Positions 1 to 9,486 of a stretch of 64,000 nt of DNA are shown piece by piece. The translations under genes and the position numbers were made by a program. The DNA is from an uncultured Acidobacteriota bacterium (GTDB lineage: Bacteria; Acidobacteriota; Thermoanaerobaculia; UBA5066; DATFVB01): assembly GCA_963813155.1 (NCBI GenBank), contig CAWEYG010000001.1, positions 79,058 to 143,057 of the forward strand, written 5' to 3'. The stretch's first letter is position 1. Each line of letters starts with the position of its first letter. Under the pieces are notes generated by a model. That model was not told where the DNA came from, did no database searches, and saw only the letters and a program-made list of their open reading frames with translations.

Positions 1-685
1 AATCTCGTGCGCGAGCCCCGCCGCGACCTCGCCGAGCTCGCGGAATTTCCGATCGTCCGCTCGCGCGAGCTCGAGCTTCCGATTCCGCTCGAGAAGCCTC
101 CAGAGAAACACGTCCGTCGCCGCCAGGGCCGCGAGGCGCGATGAGCCCGCAGAAAGCGGTCTTCCTCACGAGGTCGGATCGCAGGGACTTCAGCCGCGCT
201 TCGACGGCGTCCTTGGACACCCCGACGTGGACGAATCCGATGTTCTCGATCGGGACCGCGATGTCGTAGTCGCGCGAGGTCTCCGTCGATCGGCGGCCGG
301 TGCCGTCGGGCAGATCCAGCGAAGGGGTCGGACGCTCGTCGAAGAACTCCCGCCTTCCCTCCGCGCGCCCCTCGTAGAGGCGGCGGCCGTCGCGGTCCGT
401 GACGGCGATGTACTCCACCGTTCGCTTCTCCTGCAGCACCGAATGCAGGTAGAGCTCCGTTTCCTTCGTTCTTTCGCTCACCCGCAGCGCGGCGGACGGC
501 GACGCGAGCTTCCGGGCGATCGACTCGGCGTCCGCCCGCGACTCCTCGAGCGCCGACGCGACGAACCGGGACGAAAGCGAGCGAAAAATGAGAATGGAAA
601 AGGCGGCGAGAACGAGCAGGAAGAGCAGGCCCGACGCGATCGAGACGGCGAGAAGGCGACGTTCGAAACGGCGGGCCGCGTCCAC
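1..685 (-). CDS. sensor histidine kinase, 5' part (runs off window); apparent +1 frameshift near 136-139
   Basis: Reverse-strand translation gives TM helix, about 150-aa periplasmic region, second TM helix (AFCGLIA.LAALAATDVFLW), then an H-box ADDRKFRELGEVAAGLAHEI at the window edge. The two halves lie in different frames, joined at the run CGCGCC. The GTG start at about 685 lies 9 nt after the upstream FHA regulator stop. Confidence 0.6.
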   Translation of the reverse strand, partial: MDAARRFERRLLAVSIASGLLFLLVLAAFSILIFRSLSSRFVASALEESRADAESIARKLASPSAALRVSERTKETELYLHSVLQEKRTVEYIAVTDRDGRRLYEGRAEGRREFFDERPTPSLDLPDGTGRRSTETSRDYDIAVPIENIGFVHVGVSKDAVEARLKSLRSDLVRKTAFCGLIAPRGPGGDGRVSLEASRAESEARARASGRSEIPRARRGRGGARARD

Positions 686-694
686 GCGATTATT

Positions 695-2611
695 CTATTC
701 CGCCGCGCCCTTCTTCCTTTCGCGTCGCAGGTAACGATAGTCGCGAATCCCGAATTCCGACATCTTCGCGATCAGCGAGCCCCGGGAGATGTTGAGCAGC
801 TCCGCGCCTTTGCTCTGATTGCCTTCCACTTTCCTCATCACGCGATCGATGACCTGGCGCTCGACCGATTCCACGATTTTCTTCAAGTCGTCGACCTCGT
901 GCAGCACCAGCCCGGCTTCCGCCTCGCGAAACTTCGGATCCAGCCGGTCGAGACCGACGGGTTCGGAAGGCGTGCAGACGGCCGCGAGACGCACGACCTC
1001 GTTTTCCAGCTCCCGCGCGTTTCCGGGATAGCGATAGGTGAGAAGCGCGTTCAGAGCGTCCGGTTCGAGCGGACCGAGTCCGGAGGGGGCATGGCGGCGG
1101 ACGAAATGCTCGAACAGCGCCGGGATGTCCTCGCGCCGCTCGGCAAGCGAGGGCAGACGCACCGTGAGCACGGCGAGGCGAAAATAGAGGTCGCGGCGAA
1201 AGCTGCCAGTCTCGACCGCGGGCAGGAGGTTCGTCGAGGTCGTGGCGATCCATCGGATCCGGCTGCGGTCGCCTTCGCCCGAGAGTCCGCCCATCCACTC
1301 GAGCAGCCGGGCTTGCGACGCCTGCGGCAAATAGCCGACTTCGCTGAGGACGAGCGTTCCCCCGGTCGCTTCGTCCACCTTCCCGGAGCGGCGGCGATCG
1401 CCCCGGCCCGCCGGAGCGGGGCGCCCGAAGAGCTCTTCCTCAAGGCGGCTCATGGAAGAACAGTCCACGACGACGTAGGGTCCCGAGGCCAAGTCGCTCT
1501 GCCGGTGCAGCGCGATCGCGATCAGGTCCTTCCCGGTGCCGACCTCGCCCGAAACCAGAACCGGCGCGCGCGACCTCGCGATTCGCGGAAGATCCAGAAC
1601 GAGCCGGCGCATCCCGTCGGACGCGGCGACGATCTCCGTTTCCCGCAGCGGTTCGGGCACGGAAACGGCGTCCGGCGGCGTTCCCGGCTCGGCGTCGGGC
1701 GACGAGATCAACGTCCACGCGAGGTCCGCCATCTGGGCGGCCTCTTCCACGAAGGCGGCGGCCCGTGCCGGAAAACGCTGGCTCTCGCGAGCGGCGAGCA
1801 CGACCCTTCGCTCGCCGACGCGGGCGGGCGAGGAGAAAAGAACGAGGGGACGGTCGCCGTCGAGGTGAATGGGGCCCATGGCCCTTTTCAAGTCGTCCGC
1901 GATGCGAACGGGGAAATCGAAGGGCTCCCGGAACGTGCTCGCCAGCTCCCGGAAATTTCCGGCCGTGTCGAACAGGCCGACGGCCCACTCGTCCGGGCCG
2001 AGCTGTTCCGAGAGAAAGCGGCCGAGCTCGCGGGCCGAGGCCGAAGAGTCCGACTCGCGCTTCAGCCGCCGAAAGAGGTCCAGCCGCAGGCCGCGATATT
2101 CCGCCTCGGACAGCCCCGCGGCTGCCGCCGGCACGGGCGAGGGAGGCGGCGAAACGTGGCCGGGCGTCGCCGAGTCGTCCGCCGCATCGACGCCGGCCAC
2201 GGGCGTGACGCGGCCCGAGGGCCTGCCGTTGAGCAACGTGATCGCCGCCTCCCCGATCGTGATCCGGTCTCCGATTCCGAGCGGCCCTCCCAGGGTCTCC
2301 TTCCCGTTCACGAAGACCGGCTCGACGCCCCGAAAAACGTCCAGAAAATAGCCGCCGTCTTTTTCGACAATTCTCGCGTGCCGGCCCGACACTCCCCGGG
2401 CCCGGACCACCACCTGGTTCCCGGAAGATGCTCCAATTGTGACCAGAGGTCCCGTAACGCGACGGACTTCGGCATCGCCCGATTTCTTACGAACTTCCAA
2501 ACTCAGCATTCGCTCGACTCTCCAGTAGTTTCTCGTGCGGTTGATCTTGAGCCGCGCCCCGGTGCTCGTTTTTTGAGTCTCGAACATAGAACAAAGATCG
2601 CCCGAGATCAA
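695..2611 (-). CDS. FHA-domain sigma54-activator-like transcriptional regulator (FHA + central domain + AAA+ + Fis-type HTH) with degenerate GAFTGA and Walker B
   Basis: N-terminal FHA motifs (TIGASSGNQVVV..GVSGRHARI). Walker A GEVGTGKD. ELFG followed by RPAPAG where GAFTGA is expected. GGTLVLSEV where Walker B DE is expected. C-terminal HTH LLNISRGSLIAKMSEFGI. Start is uncertain (TTG at about 2611 or ATG at about 2587). Confidence 0.75.
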   Translation of the reverse strand: MISGDLCSMFETQKTSTGARLKINRTRNYWRVERMLSLEVRKKSGDAEVRRVTGPLVTIGASSGNQVVVRARGVSGRHARIVEKDGGYFLDVFRGVEPVFVNGKETLGGPLGIGDRITIGEAAITLLNGRPSGRVTPVAGVDAADDSATPGHVSPPPSPVPAAAAGLSEAEYRGLRLDLFRRLKRESDSSASARELGRFLSEQLGPDEWAVGLFDTAGNFRELASTFREPFDFPVRIADDLKRAMGPIHLDGDRPLVLFSSPARVGERRVVLAARESQRFPARAAAFVEEAAQMADLAWTLISSPDAEPGTPPDAVSVPEPLRETEIVAASDGMRRLVLDLPRIARSRAPVLVSGEVGTGKDLIAIALHRQSDLASGPYVVVDCSSMSRLEEELFGRPAPAGRGDRRRSGKVDEATGGTLVLSEVGYLPQASQARLLEWMGGLSGEGDRSRIRWIATTSTNLLPAVETGSFRRDLYFRLAVLTVRLPSLAERREDIPALFEHFVRRHAPSGLGPLEPDALNALLTYRYPGNARELENEVVRLAAVCTPSEPVGLDRLDPKFREAEAGLVLHEVDDLKKIVESVERQVIDRVMRKVEGNQSKGAELLNISRGSLIAKMSEFGIRDYRYLRRERKKGAAE

Positions 2612-2725
2612 CGGATCGGCGGCGAATTGGCGAGAATCCCAAAAAACACCGGAACTTGTGTGCGGCGCGGCCGGACCCCCAACATATCGTGGATTTCACC
2701 GAAACTGTCTGGTACTCTCCCGGGA

Positions 2726-5700
2726 ATGTTTCACCTCGAGAGCCTGAGCATTTCCGGCTTCAAGTCGTTCTCGGAATCTGCGCAACTCGCGTTTCCCGGG
2801 GCCATCACGGCGGTCATCGGGCCGAACGGTTGCGGCAAATCGAACATCTGCGACGCGGTCGCCTGGGCGCTGGGCGAGCAGAGCGCGCGCATCCTCCGGG
2901 GCGAAAAGATGGATGACGTCATCTTCAACGGATCGGGCAAGCGCCGGCCGCTGGGAATGGCGGAGGTCACCCTCACACTGCGCTCGAGCAACGGCGATTT
3001 TCCGGAAAACGAAGGCCGCGTCGCGATCGGCCGCCGCGTCTATCGCGAGGGCGAGGGCGAGTACTACCTGAACGGCAAGAAGGTGAGGCTCAAGGACGTC
3101 CAGGACGTGCTGTTCGGCACGGGGCTCGGCGTCCGCGCGTACTCGATCATCGAGCAGGGAAAGATCGACCAGGTGCTCTCCTCGAAGCCGCTCGATCGCC
3201 GCAAGCTCATCGAGGAGGCGGCGGGAATCACGAAGTACAAGATCAAGAAACGGTCGGCCGAGCTCAAGCTCGAAGAAACCCGGGCGAACCTGACCCGCCT
3301 CTCCGACATCCTCGCCGAAGTCGAGCGCTCCTGCGCCTCGCTGAAACGCCAGGCCTCCAAGGCGGAGCGGTACACGGAGAAGACGGCGGCCCTTCGAGCG
3401 AAGCGAACCCAGATCGCGCGGCTTCGCTACGACGCCCTCGAGCTCGCGCTCCGCCAGGCCGAGGCCGCGCTCGGCGCTTCGCGAGACGAGGAAGCCGGCC
3501 GATCGGCGGACCTCTCGGCCTGCGAAGCGGCCGAGGCCGAATCCCGGCGACTGGCCCTGGACGGGCGCGCGCGGAGAGACGCGGCTCGCGAGGAGCTTTC
3601 CGCCCGGACTTCGGCCGTCGAGCGCGACGACTCGGCGATCGAGGCCGCCCGCCGGGCGGAAGTGGAGATCGCCGCGAGGCAGCACGCGCTGACCCGCGAT
3701 TCGGACGAGCTCGCCCGGGAAACGGAGCTCCGCCGCGAGGCCCGAGCGGCGGTCGAAGGAACCTGCGCGCGGCGGAAGGCCGAGCTCGACGGCGCCCTGG
3801 CGACGAAGAGCCGGGCGACGGACACCAAGAGACTCACGGAAGAGCGGATCGGCCGGATCGAGGAAGGCCTGGAGGCCGTTCGCCTCGCGATCGCGTCGCT
3901 CGCGGGCGATCGAGCCCGGGCGCGCAACGAACGGCACGAGACCGACCTCGGGCTGGAGCGGATCGCGGCGGCGAGGTCCCGAATTGCGGAAGCGAACGGA
4001 CGGTTCGAGCTCTCGATCGCGGCGATCGAAATCGAGGTTGCGGAGTCGGAAGCGGAGAACGGGCGTCGCCGGGACCAGGCGGCCGAGTGCGCCGCCGCCG
4101 CCCAGGGGAACGAGACCCGGCTTCAGGACGCCGTCCGGGAAGTCTCCGACCTCGAGATCGAGCGCGGAGGCTTGCGAGAGGGCCTGGCCGCCGAAGAACA
4201 GCGGCGGCGCGCGCTCGAAGAGATGAAGGGTTCGCGCGAGAAGGGCGCCCAGCGCGTCCTCGACCACCTCCACGCGCGGGGCGAGAGCTCCGACGGCACG
4301 GTCGCGTCGAAGCTGGTGCCGAAAGCGGGATGGGAGGGCATTCTCGACCGGCTCGCCTCGGAAGAGCTGGATGCCGTCGTCGTCGAGGGCGAGGGGTTCG
4401 AAGCCGCTTCCCGCCTGCGGGAGGCGGGCGTGGGGGGAACGGTCCTGGGATCCGGATCGCAGACGCCGTCGGAACCGACCGCGTGGGAGGGCGTTCTGGA
4501 GAATTTCCGCGATCTCTCCCCCGCGCTCGTTTCGATCCTTCCGCCGGTTCTCTTCGTGGAAGACGCTTCCTCGGCCCGCGACGCGGCACGCGCGCACCCC
4601 GGCATGCTCGTCGCGAGCCGGTCGGGAGAGATCGTCCGCGGCGACCTGTGGCGCGTTCCGGGATCGCAGCCCGAAGCCGCGGGCCCTCTCTCGCTGCGGC
4701 GCGAGATCGAAGAACGCCGGGCGAGCATCGAAGGCCTCGGAAGCCGGCTCGCGGAATGCGAGACCCGCCTCGCGGCCGCCCGCGCGAGACGGGCCGAATA
4801 CGAAGCCCGGGCGGTCCCGCTCGCCAACGAGCGCCGCGAGGCCGAAACGGCCGCCGCCGCGCACGCGGCGCGTCTCGCCGAGCGCACCGCCGAACGCGAG
4901 CGCCAGCGCCGCGAGCACGAAACCCTTCGAGCGGAAGACGAAATGCTCGAGCAGGACGTCGAGCGCCTGTCCTCGACCCGGGCGGAAACGCTCGCCCGCG
5001 AAGCCGACCTCGAGCGCGCCGAGCTCGAACAGCGCGGCGCCTCCGAAACGCACCTGCGGGAGCTCGGAGAGCTGCGTCCCCGCCTCGCGACGGAGCTGGA
5101 GAGCGAAGCCGGTGCGCGCGAGACCCTGGAAGGAGCGCGGGAAAGGCTCGCCTCCGCCGAGCGCGAGCTCTTTGCGCTCTCTTCCCAGGACGAGGCGGCC
5201 ACGAAAAAAAAGGCCGAGTGGGAAAAGGAGACCGGCGCCCTGCGGGAACGCCTCGCCACGGCAACCCGCGAGGCGGAGGAGGCCCGGCGCCGCCGCGACG
5301 AGAACGTGATCGCCCGGGACACGGCGGCGCGAGCCTTCGAAGGCCTCTCGGCGGAATCGGAGAATCGCGCGCTCGAAGCGGCGGAAACCGAAGATGCCGT
5401 CAAGCGGGTCCGCGTCCTCTTCGACGCCGCTCGCCAGAAGCGGTTCGACGCCGAAATTCTCCATGCCCGTGTCGCGTCCGATCTCGCGCATGCCGAGGAA
5501 GACGCCCGGCGCGAGTTCGGCGTCCCGCCTTCCGAGCTTCCGGCGGCGGAGGCCCTGTCCGACGAGGAGCGCGAGCGGATCGAGCAGGAAGCGCGGGAGC
5601 TCGCCGACCAGATCGAGCGGATGGGGCCCGTCAACGTCCTCGCCTTCGAGGAGTACAAGGAGCAGAGCGAGCGCTTCGAATTCCTGACGGCGCAGCGCCT

Positions 5701-6214
5701 CGACATCGACACCGCGATCTCGTCGCTCCTCGACACGATCCGAAAGATCAACGCGACGTCCTCGGAACGCTTCGCGGAGGCGTTCGCTGCGATCAACAAG
5801 AATTTCTCGGAGCTCTTCCAGCGGCTGTTCCGGGGCGGGTCGGCGGAGATGAAGCTTCTCGACGAGAACGACCTTCTCGACTCCGGAATCGAGATCACCG
5901 CGCAGCCGCCCGGAAAGCGCAACCAGTCGATCCTCCTCCTGTCGGGCGGCGAAAAGGCGATGACCGCGATCGCCCTCCTGATGGGGATTTTCCGCTACAA
6001 GCCGTCGCCCTTCTGCATCCTCGATGAAGTCGACGCGCCGCTCGACGACGCGAACATCGACCGGTTCGCGCAGCTCATCCGCGAAATGAGCGAGGAGACG
6101 CAATTCATCGCGATCACGCACAACAAGCGAACGATGGAAGCGGCCGACGCGCTCTACGGCGTGACGATGGAAGAGCCGGGCTGCTCGAAGATCGTGTCCG
6201 TCAAGTTCGATTGA
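2726..6214 (+). CDS. smc: chromosome segregation protein SMC (1162 aa)
   Basis: N-terminus MFHLESLSISGFKSF with Walker A GPNGCGKSN. Long coiled coils and hinge. C-terminal LSGGEKAMTAIALLMGIF...ILDEVDAPLDDAN...ITHNKRTME...VSVKFD. The upstream part of the 1995-aa track ORF is antisense read-through. Confidence 0.95.
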   Translation: MFHLESLSISGFKSFSESAQLAFPGAITAVIGPNGCGKSNICDAVAWALGEQSARILRGEKMDDVIFNGSGKRRPLGMAEVTLTLRSSNGDFPENEGRVAIGRRVYREGEGEYYLNGKKVRLKDVQDVLFGTGLGVRAYSIIEQGKIDQVLSSKPLDRRKLIEEAAGITKYKIKKRSAELKLEETRANLTRLSDILAEVERSCASLKRQASKAERYTEKTAALRAKRTQIARLRYDALELALRQAEAALGASRDEEAGRSADLSACEAAEAESRRLALDGRARRDAAREELSARTSAVERDDSAIEAARRAEVEIAARQHALTRDSDELARETELRREARAAVEGTCARRKAELDGALATKSRATDTKRLTEERIGRIEEGLEAVRLAIASLAGDRARARNERHETDLGLERIAAARSRIAEANGRFELSIAAIEIEVAESEAENGRRRDQAAECAAAAQGNETRLQDAVREVSDLEIERGGLREGLAAEEQRRRALEEMKGSREKGAQRVLDHLHARGESSDGTVASKLVPKAGWEGILDRLASEELDAVVVEGEGFEAASRLREAGVGGTVLGSGSQTPSEPTAWEGVLENFRDLSPALVSILPPVLFVEDASSARDAARAHPGMLVASRSGEIVRGDLWRVPGSQPEAAGPLSLRREIEERRASIEGLGSRLAECETRLAAARARRAEYEARAVPLANERREAETAAAAHAARLAERTAERERQRREHETLRAEDEMLEQDVERLSSTRAETLAREADLERAELEQRGASETHLRELGELRPRLATELESEAGARETLEGARERLASAERELFALSSQDEAATKKKAEWEKETGALRERLATATREAEEARRRRDENVIARDTAARAFEGLSAESENRALEAAETEDAVKRVRVLFDAARQKRFDAEILHARVASDLAHAEEDARREFGVPPSELPAAEALSDEERERIEQEARELADQIERMGPVNVLAFEEYKEQSERFEFLTAQRLDIDTAISSLLDTIRKINATSSERFAEAFAAINKNFSELFQRLFRGGSAEMKLLDENDLLDSGIEITAQPPGKRNQSILLLSGGEKAMTAIALLMGIFRYKPSPFCILDEVDAPLDDANIDRFAQLIREMSEETQFIAITHNKRTMEAADALYGVTMEEPGCSKIVSVKFD

Positions 6215-6302
6215 GAGTTTCGCGGCATCCTGCCGCGTAGCAGCGCGACCTCTCCCGGCGGGAGAGGATGGCCGCCGAAGGCGGTCAGGTGAGGGGTCGA
6301 CC

Positions 6303-6331
6303 TTGCCGACATTTCGCAGCGCTGCTATGAT
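6303..6331 (+). promoter_or_regulatory. sigma70-type promoter for tRNA-Thr (TTGCCG-17nt-TATGAT)
   Basis: -35 TTGCCG (6303-6308), 17-nt spacer, -10 TATGAT (6326-6331). This lies 12 nt before the mature tRNA 5' end. Confidence 0.45.
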
Positions 6332-6343
6332 CGCCGCTCTTTT

Positions 6344-6420
6344 GGGCCGATGTAGCTCAGTTGGTAGAGCAGCGGTTTCGTAAACCGCAGGTCACCGGTT
6401 CAAGTCCGGTCATCGGCTCC
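6344..6420 (+). tRNA. tRNA-Thr (anticodon CGT)
   Basis: Cloverleaf: acceptor GGGCCGA/TCGGCTC, D-arm TGTAGCTCAGTTGGTAGAGCA, anticodon stem GCGGT/ACCGC with loop TTCGTAA, T-arm GGTTCAAGTCC. CCA is not encoded. Confidence 0.9.
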
Positions 6421-6497
6421 AACCTATTCCAGAGTCAGGCATCGCTCTTGCAATCTCCCCCGACGACTGCCTCGGAAGGGGCGAAAGGAGCGCTGCA

Positions 6498-6644
6498 ATG
6501 TTGTGGACCATCTTCGTGATCCTCCTGATCCTCTGGCTCCTCGGAATGATCACCTCGTACACCCTGGGCGGGTTCATCCACATCCTTCTCGTGATCGCGC
6601 TCGTGGTCCTCGTGATCCGGTTGATTCAGGGCCGCGGAGTCTGA
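6498..6644 (+). CDS. lmo0937-family small membrane protein (48 aa)
   Basis: MLWTIFVILLILWLLGMITSYTLGGFIHILLVIALVVLVIRLIQGRGV, two TM helices. RBS AAAGGAG sits 8 nt upstream. Below the ORF-track size cutoff. Confidence 0.7.
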   Translation: MLWTIFVILLILWLLGMITSYTLGGFIHILLVIALVVLVIRLIQGRGV

Positions 6645-6666
6645 AGGGATCGTAGCGCCGGAAGGC

Positions 6667-7934
<1,268 letters not shown>

Positions 7935-7938
<4 letters not shown>

Positions 7939-8651
7939 GACTCTTTCCTCCGGAACCGCAAGATGGCGCACACTTCTTCGCCCTCCTGCCGCAGTTCGAG
8001 CTCCGCGCCGCTGCCCTGCGCGGCGCGTCGCGCTCGAAGAAGACCGAACCCTCGTCCCGGGCTCGCCTCTCTCTTCGCGACGCCGAAGAGATGCTCGGGG
8101 TCGCCCGCCGGGATCCGGCCGGACGACCGGCATGTCAGAACGATTTCCGAAGACCGATCCTCGATGGACCAGCGGATCGACCCGGGAGCGGAAGAATGCT
8201 CGACCGCGTTTCGGGTGAGCTCGCCGACGGCGAGCCCGACATCTCGCGGCGACGCGAACCAGCGCGGGTCCGGCCCGGGAGCCGGGAGCTCGAGCAGAAG
8301 GCCGCGGGCCATCGCGTCGGCGCGAAGGGGCTCGGAGGCTTCCGCGATCGCCGCGGCCAGCGAAAACTCGGCCGGCTCCTCGATCTCCTCGTGCGAAGCT
8401 TCGGCGATCAAATCGAGCATTCCCGCCGCGCTCTCGAGCGATTGCTGGCACGTCCGGAGGTTCTCGACAACGGCGGCCAAATCGAATCCGCCGGGCCTCT
8501 GCATACGCCGGAGAGCGACCTCCAGGTGCAGGTTCGCCCCCGAGAGAGGGGTAGAAATCTCGTGCCGGAAGCGCCGCAGGAAGCTCTTCAAGGCTTCTCC
8601 CCGGTCTCGCTCGTACAGCGTTTCGCGCGGGATCCGCCCGGTCTCCTGCAT
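7935..8651 (-). CDS. cytoplasmic histidine kinase (HisKA + HATPase, no sensor domain)
   Basis: H-box FLRRFRHEISTPL. GxGxG ATP-lid motifs near the C-terminus. No TM segment. In an operon with the downstream NtrC-type regulator. Confidence 0.8.
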
Positions 8652-8698
8652 CGCGAAAACGAGTCTAACATAGGGTCGCTGCTAAGATCCCCGGAGCG

Positions 8699-9448
8699 AT
8701 GTCGCGCATTCTCCTGATCGACGATTCCACGGAAACGGATGCCGTGATCCGGGGGTTCCTTCCTCCCGACGGGCCGCAACTCGAGACCGCCCGGGAAGCC
8801 GGTGAGGGGCTGGACGTCGCGAGGTCGATCCAGCCCGAACTGATCTTCATCAACCTCGCCCTGCCCGGAATTCCCTCGTGGCGCGCGATACGGGAAATCA
8901 AGCGGGACCTCTTCCTCTCGGCGGTCCCGGTGGTCGCGCTCTCGAGCGCCACCCAGGGCGGCGAGCGCGAGCGGGCGCTCGCGGCGGGGTGCGACGATTT
9001 CCTCGCCAAGCCGATTTCCCGCGAAGCCGTCGAGCGCGTTCTCTCGACCCACCTCGCGCCCGCGGACCTGGAACGGACCCGGCCCCTCGCGATCTCGACG
9101 CCGGCGGTTCGCGGCGTCCTTCGCGCTCGAATCCTGCTCGCGTCGGCCGATGCCGACTTTCTCCACCTCTACTCGCCCGCGCTGCAATTCGCCCGCTACC
9201 GGATCGAAACGGTCGCCTCCGGGCACGAGCTGTTCGAGAAGGTCGAGTCGACGCGGCCGCACATCGTGATCCTCGACTCGCGGCTTTCCGACCGCACGGG
9301 CGCCGAGGCGGCGGCCCAGATCAAGGCTCGCCAGAGAGATCCCTTCCTGCCGATCCTCCTGCTGACCGACGGCCGGCCGGAATCCGACGCGGGCTGGAAC
9401 GCGCCGGCCGACGACTTCCTGGCCGGCCGTTTCCGGAGCCGGAACTGA
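8699..9448 (+). CDS. tandem-receiver protein (REC1 has Asn at the phosphoacceptor position, REC2 canonical); probably the N-terminal part of a hybrid kinase cut by a 1-nt deletion at about 9423-9427
   Basis: REC1 MSRILLIDD...IFINLALPG (N where D is expected). REC2 HIVILDSRLSD...PADDFLAGRFRSRN stop. The REC alpha5 motif continues in the adjacent frame as RPFPEPELRFRVRKLLLL. Confidence 0.7.
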   Translation: MSRILLIDDSTETDAVIRGFLPPDGPQLETAREAGEGLDVARSIQPELIFINLALPGIPSWRAIREIKRDLFLSAVPVVALSSATQGGERERALAAGCDDFLAKPISREAVERVLSTHLAPADLERTRPLAISTPAVRGVLRARILLASADADFLHLYSPALQFARYRIETVASGHELFEKVESTRPHIVILDSRLSDRTGAEAAAQIKARQRDPFLPILLLTDGRPESDAGWNAPADDFLAGRFRSRN

Positions 9449-9486
9449 GGTTTCGCGTCCGCAAGCTCCTTCTGCTCTCGAGCGCG

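Noticed and set aside
227-2725. The 1995-aa plus-strand track ORF extends about 2.5 kb upstream of smc
   Set aside because: The upstream portion is antisense to the FHA regulator and sensor kinase genes and translates to Arg/Gly/Pro-rich low-complexity sequence typical of open alternate frames in high-GC DNA. smc homology begins only at MFHLESLSISGFKSF (2726).
3834-6027. Large overlapping ORFs inside smc (3834..5264 -, 4087..6027 +, 4123..5922 -, 4371..5309 +)
   Set aside because: All are Arg/Pro/Ala/Ser-rich with no motifs. They arise from codon-position GC bias in a high-GC coding region.
2726-6214. Considered whether SMC could be part of a Wadjet/Lamassu-type SMC-based defense system
   Set aside because: It is a canonical full-length chromosomal SMC with hinge and Walker/ABC-signature motifs. 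No JetA/B/D, kleisin-like or nuclease partner genes are adjacent, and housekeeping genes flank it.
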